A stretch of DNA of 64,000 nucleotides from positions 620,001-684,000 of the forward strand of contig MCFH01000016.1 of NCBI GenBank assembly GCA_002104945.1. Direction: 5' to 3'. A program made the translations under genes and the position numbers. Below are positions 26,664 through 38,401 of the stretch, piece by piece (position 1 is the stretch's first letter; each line of letters starts with the position of its first letter). The notes beneath the pieces are model-generated. The model searched no databases and was not told where the DNA came from. It worked only from the letters and a program-made list of their open reading frames with translations. This stretch comes from Piromyces finnis finn. Lineage: Eukaryota > Fungi > Neocallimastigomycota.

Positions 26664-29552
26664 TTACAAAGAGGTAAGGGAAAGTTTCTTTTGGAAATTG
26701 TTATTATAACAAAGTGAAGGTCTCTTCTTTGTACCATTAGTAGATGGTGGACCTTCTATAATTTCACTATTATTCTTAAGAGTAAGGGAATCAGCAGAGT
26801 TGCTATCAAATGATGACTTCTTAATAATTTCACTTTCCATACCTATTGGCATACCTTCAATATCGACATCAGTAAAGTCAGCGGTCGCGGCTGGACGTTG
26901 TGGAATAATGTCTGCACGTGGATTAGTGGCAACGGCACTTAAAACACTATTATCATTATCATCGGTTGTAAGACCATTACGTGCATGATACATATTTTCT
27001 TTAAGTTGAAGACAGTTAATGTAAATAGTTTCAATGTCATGTTTAATAATGCGATTAGTAATCATACTAAGATATTTGTACCAGTTACATATGGTAACAA
27101 GACGTTCACGACAGAACATACAAATTAATTCATGACTAGAATTCTTTTCATCTTCAAAGAAGAATTGATACCAGAGCATGGTACTGTCATGATTATGATA
27201 TTTAAGAGAACAGAGAGCACATTCTGGTTCTATGTCTTGGAGCATTAAAGTTTTGAAACCTTCTGCAGTAGCTTTTTGAATAACAACAGTATTATTCTTA
27301 AGACCATTTAAAAGCTTACGTTTACTGAAGAATCCCATGTATGAACCAGAAAGATCTAAACATTGTACAATTTCCTCTAATTCACATTGTTTAACAAGTT
27401 TAGTGTTATAGATACGATCATAACTTTCTTTTAAGTTTTCGTTAAAGTTAATGTATGTTTGATCATTTGTATGGAATACTAATGGTTTAACCATAGCTCC
27501 CATAATAGTATCCTCTTCTATTTCTTCTTCATCTTCTTCAACCATTTCTGGGATTTCTTCTTGGTAATTAAAGGCTGGATCACCACCATTGTTATTAATG
27601 GTCATATTGGTATCAATAACAAGAGTACGTTGTTCTGGTTTTTCTTCACCATTAACAGCTACAGCGTTAATTTCAGAACTTTCATTGTTACCTTCAACAG
27701 CTTCAACCTCTGTAGCACCTTGAGTAAAGTTATTCATAGTAACGATACCATCGTTATTAATAATACTACTCTCTTCAACTTCTTCTTTAATAATAGTACT
27801 TTGTTCATAACCAAGAGAAACATCACTAAGTTGGTCATTAGTTAAAGCAGTTGAAGCTTTACGGTCAAGACCATCTAAAATTTTATTGGAAGACATAGAT
27901 TTACTGAATGATTCATTAGAAATAGCGGAATATTCAGAGAAGCAACGACTAACATTTGGATCTTGATAACTAGCAGAACCTGGGGTTACAACATTTGGAG
28001 TTAAAGGAGAGATACCAGTTAAACGGTTTAACTTTTTACGTTTCATATGATCAATATGTTTATTAAGACGTTCAATTTCATTTTTAAGACTAGCTGATTC
28101 ATCAACCTTGATTTCATAAAGACTATTAAGTTCTTCATTCTTACGGGTAAGACTAGAAATCTTTTTATGCATTTGTTGATTATCTCCATTTAATATGTTA
28201 ATTTGGTTATTTCTAATTTCAGATTCATTCTTGAATTGCTTTAATTCATCGTTTAACTCATTTATTTTTTCTTTTAAAGCCATGTTTTCTTCACTAACTT
28301 CACGTAAATGCTTACGTTCATTTTCAATTTGATTAATTGCCTGTTCTAATTCCTTATCCTTTTGCACAAAAATGTTAAGGTTATTTTCTTCTAAATTTTG
28401 GATTTTAACTTCACGGTCTTCAACATCATTATGAAGACTGTTAATTATACTCTTAAGACGATTAATCTCAACAAGAGCTTCATTTTTTTCTTCTTTTTCT
28501 TTTTGGAAACGAGAACGTGAATCATTTTCAATTTGGCGAAGAACTTCACGTTCTTCATCAACACTTTTCTTCATATTTTTAACATATGTAGATGCTTTTT
28601 CCTTTTCATTTTTAATTAATTGATCAGAGAATTTTTTTATTTCATCAATATCATCTTGATTTTGTTTTCTGAGACGTTCAAGGCGTTGTTCTGTAGCTTC
28701 TTCTAAACGTGCTATATAATCATTGGAATTTGTAATTTTTTTATCAGTTTCTTGTTTTATAATTTTGCATTGTTCTTTAAAGAAAAGAACCTTTCCAATA
28801 AGTTCTTCCTTGGAAAGAGAAGTATAATCGGTATCATCATCTTCAATTGGAACAATTTGACTTGGGTCAGAATTGCTTCTAACTAAAAGAGATTTATTAG
28901 CTTCTTCACTTAAAGGAATACTATCATCAACGGATGGTTTTGGTAATGGTATTTCAACTGGTGCTGATTCTTTAAAATAATCATCTTGGGATTGTTCTAT
29001 TGTTGTTTGTTCTACTAATTCATTTTTTACTATTTCATTATCTATATTTTCAATTGGTTGTTCAATTGGTTGTTCAATTGGTTCTTCAGCTGGTTGTTCA
29101 ATTGGTTCTTCAATTGGTTGTTCAATTGGTTGTTCTACTGGTTCTTCAATTGATTCTTCTACTGGTTGTTCAATTTGTTGTTCAATTGGTTGTTCAACTG
29201 ATTCTTCAATTGATTCTTCTACTGGTTGTTCAATTTGTTGTATGGGTTCTTCAACAATAACTTCTTCATTTGAATCATTTAATTGAATTACTTCTTCTTC
29301 TATGACTTCATCAAATTCCTCATCTTTTTCTCCATTATTATTATCTTCTACTATATTTTCTTCTTGAATTAATTCATTTATATCATTTGTTTCCGGAGCT
29401 GGAATTTTATCTTCTACTTCTTCTTCTTCATCATTAATCTTTACAGTTTCGATTTTTTCTTCTTCAACCTCCACTGGGGCTTCTACCATATTAGTTGTTT
29501 CATTATTATTTGTAGTAGCTTCAATAGCAGCAGTATTTTCTATTTCTGACAT
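26664..29552 (-). CDS. Acidic/coiled-coil protein with a Sec2/Rabin8 (RAB3IP)-like C-terminal domain; intronless
   Basis: 962-aa ORF. The C-terminal segment (YDRIYNTKLVKQCELEEIVQCLDL..LLNGLKNNTVVIQ; CALCS; CMFCRERLVTICNWYKYLSMITNRIIK..IYINCLQLKENMYHARNG) parallels the Rabin8/Sec2 C-terminal pattern (R-x-x-x-VCxFFxYxRxI...LRxxMxLAxxG). Long heptad region centrally. Family call is from remembered motifs only. Confidence 0.72.
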   Translation of the reverse strand: MSEIENTAAIEATTNNNETTNMVEAPVEVEEEKIETVKINDEEEEVEDKIPAPETNDINELIQEENIVEDNNNGEKDEEFDEVIEEEVIQLNDSNEEVIVEEPIQQIEQPVEESIEESVEQPIEQQIEQPVEESIEEPVEQPIEQPIEEPIEQPAEEPIEQPIEQPIENIDNEIVKNELVEQTTIEQSQDDYFKESAPVEIPLPKPSVDDSIPLSEEANKSLLVRSNSDPSQIVPIEDDDTDYTSLSKEELIGKVLFFKEQCKIIKQETDKKITNSNDYIARLEEATEQRLERLRKQNQDDIDEIKKFSDQLIKNEKEKASTYVKNMKKSVDEEREVLRQIENDSRSRFQKEKEEKNEALVEINRLKSIINSLHNDVEDREVKIQNLEENNLNIFVQKDKELEQAINQIENERKHLREVSEENMALKEKINELNDELKQFKNESEIRNNQINILNGDNQQMHKKISSLTRKNEELNSLYEIKVDESASLKNEIERLNKHIDHMKRKKLNRLTGISPLTPNVVTPGSASYQDPNVSRCFSEYSAISNESFSKSMSSNKILDGLDRKASTALTNDQLSDVSLGYEQSTIIKEEVEESSIINNDGIVTMNNFTQGATEVEAVEGNNESSEINAVAVNGEEKPEQRTLVIDTNMTINNNGGDPAFNYQEEIPEMVEEDEEEIEEDTIMGAMVKPLVFHTNDQTYINFNENLKESYDRIYNTKLVKQCELEEIVQCLDLSGSYMGFFSKRKLLNGLKNNTVVIQKATAEGFKTLMLQDIEPECALCSLKYHNHDSTMLWYQFFFEDEKNSSHELICMFCRERLVTICNWYKYLSMITNRIIKHDIETIYINCLQLKENMYHARNGLTTDDNDNSVLSAVATNPRADIIPQRPAATADFTDVDIEGMPIGMESEIIKKSSFDSNSADSLTLKNNSEIIEGPPSTNGTKKRPSLCYNNNFQKKLSLTSL
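29050..29245 (-). repeat. Coding 12-bp tandem repeat encoding (I/V)E(Q/E)(P/Q/S) tetrapeptides in the Sec2-like gene
   Basis: Repeated caattggttgtt / caattggttctt units; protein EEPIQQIEQPVEESIEESVEQPIEQQIEQPV... Confidence 0.85.
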
Positions 29553-32500
29553 TTTTTTTTATATTTTTATTTTTAATGCTTTTTTGCGATTTAATTTTTT
29601 TTAAAAATTGTTTCTATTATTAATAAATAATATATAAATATAAAATTATAATAATTAAAAATATAGGTTAGAATGTCAATATTATCAACAAATAATATTT
29701 AATATTTAATTCTATTTATGTTGTTTGCTTCTTATTACATATATAATTTTTTCATTTAATACATTTATTATTATTATCAATAATAAATAACTATTTTTTT
29801 TATTTTTCTATAAAAAAAACTTTATAACTCTTATATAAATTATATATTTACAATTCGTTATGGATTTTTCTTAATGGAATTTTATATTATTTATTTATTT
29901 TGAATGTTTTAATGGTTTAATTTTTCTTTTGTCTTTTAAGTTTTTTTTTTTAGTTAATGATTTATTTCTATTGTAATATAACTTTAAAAGAAAAAAATAT
30001 TTTTAATTATTTAGTTCTTTTTTCTATTGTTGTTTATTTTTACTTTGACAATTAATAAAATGTCATAAATCTTATTTTATCTATTATTTTTTTATTTTAT
30101 TATTTTATTGTACATAGAGAAAAACTTAAATAAAAGTCTTATTTTTTAAATATAAAAATAAAAAAGGATAAAATAATAAAATAAAAAAATAACTCTTTAA
30201 AAATTTTAAAAAGATAAAAAAAAATATATTTTTTGTGTACTTTTTAAACCTATTTATTTAAATTTTGTTTTAATATAAAAAAGTTTTTTTTTAAAAAAAA
30301 AAAAATTTACACAAAATTTATTAAATAAAAAAAAATAAATTAGAAGATATTAAATAATAATAAATAAATAAATAATAAGATTAATATATAATAATCATAT
30401 AAATTTAAATATATAAATATTATTATTATACAACTTTTATTATTTATTAATTTAAACCATATAGCATAGTAGAAATATGATAATTTAATTTTTAAAGTAA
30501 TATTTCATTAAAATTTAATATTATGATTATTTATTAAATCTGTTATAATGATTTTATTTTTTTTTGGTTCTATATTAAATAATAATACATACTATTTATT
30601 ATAATAAATTTAATTATGAAATAAAGTTTTAAATCTTAATTTTTTTTTAATATAAAATGTTTTAACCTATAAAATAAAAGAGTTTAAATATTAATTTTAA
30701 TTATATTGTTTTATATTAAAGTTGGTGAATAACAAATTAAATAAATTTTAATAAAATTCTATTACCTATTTAATATAAAATAAAATTTTAATCAATATAT
30801 ATTAATACTGCATCAATATATTAACATAATAACTCTAATAATATATTAGTCTTTATAATCTTTTTTTTTCTGAATTATTTTATTTTTACACAAATTCCAA
30901 AATAGGAAAGAAATGGTATATAATTAAATAATATATGCAATAAAAAAAAAATGATATAACTCAATTATTTTTATACCACAACATTAGTAAATAAGATAAT
31001 TGAAAAAATGAGTAAGTACAAGTTGGCACTAAAGAAATAATTAAGTCATCTTTTTTTTTTAAACTATCTTATCAAGAATTTTACTATTAAATTGCTTTTC
31101 ATTTTATTCCTCATTCATAATTATTGATAACTATTCAATAGTTATGAATAAAAAAAAGTATTGAATACTTTTTTTAATAAAAGGAAATAAAATTTCATAT
31201 AAAGTTTTTTTTATGAAAAACACTTTATTATTATAACAGAATCAAAAAAAATAATTATATTAAATATTAAATAAAAATGATTTATTAAAACTACTCAATA
31301 ATAAAAATATAAGCAACTTTATTATTGATATTAATTACATTTGGAACATATAAAGTATCCTTTTTTTTTCTAAATTATATACATGAATTAATGTTGATCA
31401 ATCAATATAACACAAATTATTAATATCTTGTTTTACTTTATAGCTTTATAGTAATAATATCCTTTTTTATTTATTTATTTATTTATTTTGTAAGTAATTT
31501 CCCTTTATACAAGTAATTTTTAAATTATAGTGGTGAATAACTTTTAAAAAATATAATTTTTTAAATATTAATATCATGCTTAATTTATAAAAGTTAATAT
31601 ATGAAATTATTTCATTGGTGATATACCATTATATTTTTTTTTTTAGATAATTGAAATTTCTGTTAAAAAAAGTATTATATTATACAATTTATTAACGTTT
31701 TAAATTTTATATTGATATTTATATTATAGATATATTATTATATATTGAATTTATATGAATTGTTGTGATATGTTAATGGAATTATATTGAAAATTTGATT
31801 AAGATAATATATATTAATTAATTTAATATAAAATTTAATATATAATTCAAAATCTCTAAAAAATGCCGCAACAAAATTTTATTAAAAAAAAAAGATTAAA
31901 TTATAAATATTAATTATATTAATATTAAAAATGAAATATTAATTAATAGGTCATTAAAAAAAGTTTTATTATAAATTTTATTATTAATAAATTCTACATT
32001 ATTTATTGATATATTCCTCCATTTGGAATTAAAAAATAAAACAATTTTAATATAAAAAAATATCAAAAAAAAATTAAATATAAATATTAATCATATTAAA
32101 TATTAATAATGTTACATATTTATCCTATTATCCACCATAGAGAAAAGGCATAACTAATTAAAAAATAATGAAATCACTAATTTTTCATTTTTATATTGAA
32201 TAAGCTTTTTTAATAGCAATTGATAAATAGTTAAGCTATAATGAACAACAAAAATGAAACAAAAAGGTTTTTCTAAAAATAGCTTTGAAAGAAATAGGAT
32301 ACTTATTCTATAATATTCATAATAAATAATATTCATTTATGTCATGGCATTTTGTTATTTTCCCTTATAATATAATGGAAGGTGGTATATAAAATTTGAT
32401 TAGTTAATCTGATATTCTTATAATAAAAAAGGTGAAAGTGATCAAATGAAATCTTTCATTAAAAAAAAAAAAAGGGAATTTTTTTAATCTACCTATATAA

Positions 32501-33086
32501 AATAATATAGGAATTTAAGGAAAATTGTGTATTAATATTTAATAAAAAATTCTGTAATTCTTATTTTTTTTATCACTGATTTTCATTAAATGCAACAAAA
32601 AATTATTTGAAATGCTTTCATAGTAAAAGGTTAATTAATTTTATATAGAAATGTTCAATAATAAATTGAATAATGTTAATTATAGTGGAGATTATCTTAA
32701 ACATATATAATAATATATTCTATAAATAATGATTATTAATACAGTAAATACAATAGATTATATAACGTTTTCATTATTTTCTGTTTCTCTTCATTTAAAA
32801 GTGTCTTTTTTTTTTTTTTAATAATAATTAGCTTTTTCATGTGTGAGTGTATAAAAGCTAATTATTAATTAAAACAATATATAATATATAAATACAATTA
32901 ACAGTATAATAAAATATACTGTACTTTATATTTTATTTATTACTATCTTATTAAAATTAAAATTTTTATCATACATCATCAATCAAATATTAATTATGAA
33001 CCTTAATCCTTAATAAATTAGAAAATAAATTTACTAATTTAATAGACAAATTTGTTTTTTAATCAATCAAAAAATACAATATTATT

Positions 33087-33125
33087 TATTATTATTATTA
33101 TATTATTATTATTATATTATTATTA

Positions 33126-33207
<82 letters not shown>

Positions 33208-33226
33208 TTAATTAGTTTTATTTTTA

Positions 33227-33257
<31 letters not shown>

Positions 33258-33262
33258 TATGT
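33087..33262. repeat. Imperfect (TAT)n microsatellite
   Basis: Visible; source of spurious poly-I/L ORF 33052..33264. Confidence 0.9.
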
Positions 33263-35962
33263 AATATTATCAATATTAATAATATTACTATACTGAACTT
33301 ACATAAGTTTCAACTAATGGAATAATAACTTTATATAATGCTACTAATAATAGGTTTTATTAAATGGATACAATATCTCATTATTAATACATATATTTAT
33401 TAACTGGTACTACTTTACCACACTTACTTATTTTAGTATTTTTTTGTATTGTTTTTAATATAAAACTTTAATATTTGATTTGGTTTCACTTTTTACTTTT
33501 TTGGTAATTCTAGGTGGAAATTAAAAAATATATGGTAATTATACACTTTTCAATTTATTACAATATAAAGAAAATTTAATTAACGTTTTATTCAAAATAT
33601 TTTAAAATTTACTTTTAATTAATATATGATGATTATATATAATTCCATATATTATTTATTATTCTATTAAAACCAACAACAAGAAAAAAAAAATTAAATC
33701 ATAACAAGAATTCATAATAATTATTTTATAAAGTGAAATGAAGTTCATTTAAAAGAATACAAGTGTTAATAATAATAATAATAATAATTTAAAATAAATA
33801 TGATAAAATAAAAAATAAATAAAAAAAATATTATTTATATTCTTATTTTTAATGATGATTGGTACATAGATCATGTTACAAAAATAATCCTATTACTTTT
33901 GTAAAAGTCTGATTTTAAAGTTGTTTCATTTTTTATTATTAGTTATAGAAGCTAAATATTAAATTAACTATCTTTAAAGATATATCTTTTTCGATGGTTT
34001 ATCTATTTTTTCTTCTTTATAAAAACTATTAAAAAAATTAAAGATGAGGAAATTTATATTTTCAAAGCATCCTATATCATTAATAGTGACAATATTTCTA
34101 TAAAAAATACATAAAAAAAAAGATTATAAATATGTCATAAAAATAAATGTCTATACCAAAAATATATATAATTAATTTAATTTTATTGTAATGAAATTGT
34201 TAAAATTATTACTACGACCACCACTACATCATATATCTTTTATTTATTAATACATTTTTATAATAAACCTATAATATATAATATATATAAATAATATCTA
34301 TATGAATAAATTTTTGAATAAAACACAAAATGATGATGTATTATGTATAGTTTTAGTACTACGTTTTTTAATATTTGATACATTGTATACATTAAATATA
34401 TTGTATTATTATCATCAAATATATAACGGTAGGTACAATTTACATTTTGTGTAACTTTATTCTAAAAAATAAATGTATTTTTTCATTATTTAAATAAATA
34501 AAAATTATCATTAATCCATGGGCTATAAAACTTTAATTAATAATAAAATAAAAACAATACAGAATTTTTTTATTTGCAATAAAAGGAAGAATAGAATAAT
34601 AATAATAAATGAAATATTTAATAACATTTTTTATAATATATAATTGTTTCATATTAATATTCATTTATAATAAAAAAAAAACATGCTTTTAATTAATGAT
34701 AACAATGATACTTTTGAATTCATTAGAATAACTATAAACAATTCTTATTAAAATATATTAATTTTTGGATTACTATTCTTTTTTTTTATAATTTTTTGTT
34801 ATGCTTTGAGGTATTTAATAAAAAAAATAGAATACTTTGAATTGCAATGTAAATTTTATATTTTTAAATACTAAAATTTAAAAAGGTTATTAATAGGAAT
34901 ATAAAAAAAGGCATATTAAATTAATCTTTTAATATAACTTTAATATAGATAATAAAAACAGAAATAATAACACTATAACACATAACACTACAATAAAAAC
35001 CATAAAAAATTTTGTAATTTATTAATCTAACCTTTTATAATGGATTTTTCAACTATTTTATCCAATGTAGGATTTTAAAAAGTTTTAATATGTTTATATT
35101 TTTCAAATAAACAAAAAAGCAAAAAATGTTAATTTTTAATTAAACTTTAATTTCATTTTATAATATATTTTAATGATAATAATTGATAAAAGTTATAATA
35201 TTTTATTTATACATATACAAACATAGATGATAAAGATTTTATATTTTCGATATGTAAAAAGCAGTTTTTACCATACAAATATTTTTTATGAAAATACTAA
35301 TAAAAATGCTACAATTTATATAATTTTATATTACTATTTTATTGTTATGTTATAAAGTTATAAATACTAAAAAAAAAATAATATACTCTTCATATATTTT
35401 TATAATTTTTTTTATTATTTAAATATTTAGAAAGAAAAATAGAAAAATAATTATTATATTAATGAATAATGAACAAAATATATAATAAAAATATTGATTA
35501 AAAATATTATTGTTACATAATTATTAATATATTAAACTTTGTCAAATAAATTGTAAAAAATTATAGTGCTAGAGTAAAAAAAAAAACAAAAAAACAAAAT
35601 AATATATATATATATATAAACTAAATGTAATATCTTTAAAATCTTTACATTTTAAAATAATAAATTATAAATAAAATTTAACCTATTAATTTATTATTCA
35701 GATTTCTTTATGTGTATTATTTACCATAGGAAAAAGTTTTTATTAAATCTAAATGTAACATTAAAGATAATAATATTAATTATTTGATATGAATAAAATA
35801 TAAACATGATAAAAAAAAGTTATTTGCATTATCTTTATGCTTTAAAGTTCTAGAACATTGGGTGTAACTTTTTTTTTTGTGTCAAATCATTAATATCATT
35901 CAAAATAAATTATCATAGTATATAGCTTATAATGGATAAAAAAAAAAAGTCATGAAATATAT

Positions 35963-38401
35963 TTAAAATAGGATCTGAGAGGAGCCAGTTGGTGTAAATT
36001 TTCTTGATTTTGATTTATATGTGCGATGAGATTGTTTTGAGGAAATACCAAAGGTAGGTTGTTCTTTAATATGTTGACGATCTTCTGTACTAAATGAATG
36101 ACACATAGTACTGTAAGTTGTGTTCATTGGATTATCTCTAGAAGCTTGAAGATTCATTTGAGTTGCACGACGATCAATTGTGGTAGGAACTTCTGGTGGA
36201 AGTGATGTTTCTCCTAATTCATTTTTAATTATTTTTTGTTCTTCAGCAACTGCAGCTGTATCTCCTCCTAAACAGAAAATATCTGAACGGTTTTGTTGTG
36301 CAAGTTTCCAATGACGGCGGCTGTAAAGACGACGTTTTTCTTGTTCTTGTTTAGCAACTTCAGCATGATATTCTGGTGTACCAAAAATGTTATTATAAGA
36401 GTTAGAAGCTTTAACACGAGCTTTTGCTGTTGCTGACATATTATCTTCAGATTGAGAAATAGATGGTGGTGGATGGCTGGCGTTAGTTTTTGGATCATCA
36501 TCAATACTATCAAAAATATGACTTTCATTGTAATTACGACGATTCATATGTGGATGATGATGATCACGAGATGAACAAGAAGGGTTAACTTCTTGAGGAG
36601 AAATATTATTATTTGGCATTGTGGTTGATAAAGTCTTTGTTTGTTGGTGATCATTAAAATCGATCTTTTCTAATTTCTTATCTAAATCTTCTAAACTATT
36701 CATATAGTCTTCTTTTCCAGCTATTTATTTTGAATTTTGAATAAATAAAATAAATTTTAAAAATTTTTAATTAGTTATTGAACCAAAAAATTATATTTAA
36801 TTTTAATATAATAATGTGATCTTTTTTTTTTTTTTTTAAATTTCTTCTTTATATTATTAATTACCATTATTTTCAATATTCATATGAGATGGTGGAGGGG
36901 GAGGAGATTGGAAACGTTGTAAATCATCAGGAGAAATTTTATTTAATTCTTCAATAAGTTCTGGATGATTTTTTAAATCTTCTGTATTAATAATATCATT
37001 GTAAAGCTCGTCAAAACGATTTTTGGCTTGTTCATATTTTTCACGAGTAATGGCTTCTTCATCAATTTGTGTAGTTGGATGTTGATGATGATGTGGATCA
37101 TTCATAATTTTATTTAAATAATTGGAGTCGGAAAGGGCTGTAGCCTTATCAAAAGAAGAAGTAATATGATCTTTTGAAAGAGATTCATGGTTTTCAAAAT
37201 CTGGATTTTCATTCATAGAAGGCTTATCATAATTAGATGAACAAGCCATTTGTTGTAAAAGTTCTGGAGGAATTTCATTTTTCTCAATTCCTTTACCTTT
37301 ATCATTGAAAGATACTGATTCCATGTTTTTTTGTGGTGGTAAGTTATGAACATCTTCTCCTTTTGGCATTGGACGACTAGAAGTTTTATGGAAATAAGGA
37401 GTTTGAAGAGATGGACTCATTTGATCTTGACTATGTTCTGTGTGAACTTGGGCTTGAGCTTGTGTTGAATCATAATGATTAACATCATGATTTTGACAAT
37501 TTTCTTGTGGAATACTATATAAATGATCATGATAATGAGGGTCTGAAGACATAGGAAGATCATGATTATGAGGAAGTTGTTGATTATAGGCTTGAGCTTG
37601 TGCTTGAAGTTGTTGAGCAGAAGACATTGAACGATGAGCATTAAAATAATTTTCATATGGATTGTAGTCAATAGTTGCAAAAGGGGCTAAACTAGATACA
37701 GAAGCTGCAGAATTTAATGGTTTTGAATCAGAAGATGCTTTCATATCAAATGAAGTAGCGTAAGGAGTAGCATAGTTTATTTTTGGGTTTTCGTTAACAG
37801 ATGGTGTTATCATTTCAGTTAATGGTGCTTGTTGTCTATCTCCATTTAATAATTGATCTAATTTTTCACGTTTCATTAGAGTTTCCTTTCGTTGTTCAGG
37901 TGTTTGCAATTCTTCACGACTTACAAAAATATCTTCTTGACGTTCAATGCCATTAGAAGCTGCGGATGTTGGTGTTATACCACGACGGCGTCCTTCTCTA
38001 GAACGAGGCATATTTTGAGATGGGAAAGCTGTTCCTTCAGTAGCTGCCATTTCCGTTGGATAATTATAGTTGGGTTCTGTTTGAGGCATCATTCCTTCGT
38101 TAGATCTAATTTCATTAGTAACTGATTGATCTTGATAAATATTTTGTACTTTATGAGGGTTATCTACTGTAATATCATCACGTCCAAATGGACAAGTAGG
38201 TTGATAATGATGATTTTGATATCTTCTAGTTCTTATTGTGGAAGCAGCATCGGTATTCATACCTCCTTCATGTCCTCTTTCACTTTTTTCTTTTATATTA
38301 AAAATATCAGAGGTACTATTAAATTGTCCATAACGTTTACGTTCTGAATAACCAAAGTCATGAAGTTGACTGGAGTTAAGAGTGGAATTAATCGTTTCTG
38401 A
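35963..38401 (-). CDS. Uncharacterised, largely disordered protein with repeated basic + S/N-x-I-F motifs. One gene joining track ORFs 36857..38260 and 35963..36703; 5' end unresolved
   Basis: GTAATT donor at 36864 (phase 1) and AAATAG acceptor at 36721 splice as NN-G|CT-GGA-AAA-GAA-GAC-TAT-ATG, exactly in frame with the ATG at 36703. The frame stays open upstream of 38260 to a CACAG acceptor at 38402, implying a further unidentified 5' exon. Confidence 0.75.

Noticed and set aside
31355-31465. GTATCCTTT (31355) and ATATCCTTT (31457), matching U12-type intron donors
   Set aside because: They lie in non-coding DNA with no exon context or U12 branch site, and a rough composition-based estimate makes such matches expected by chance.
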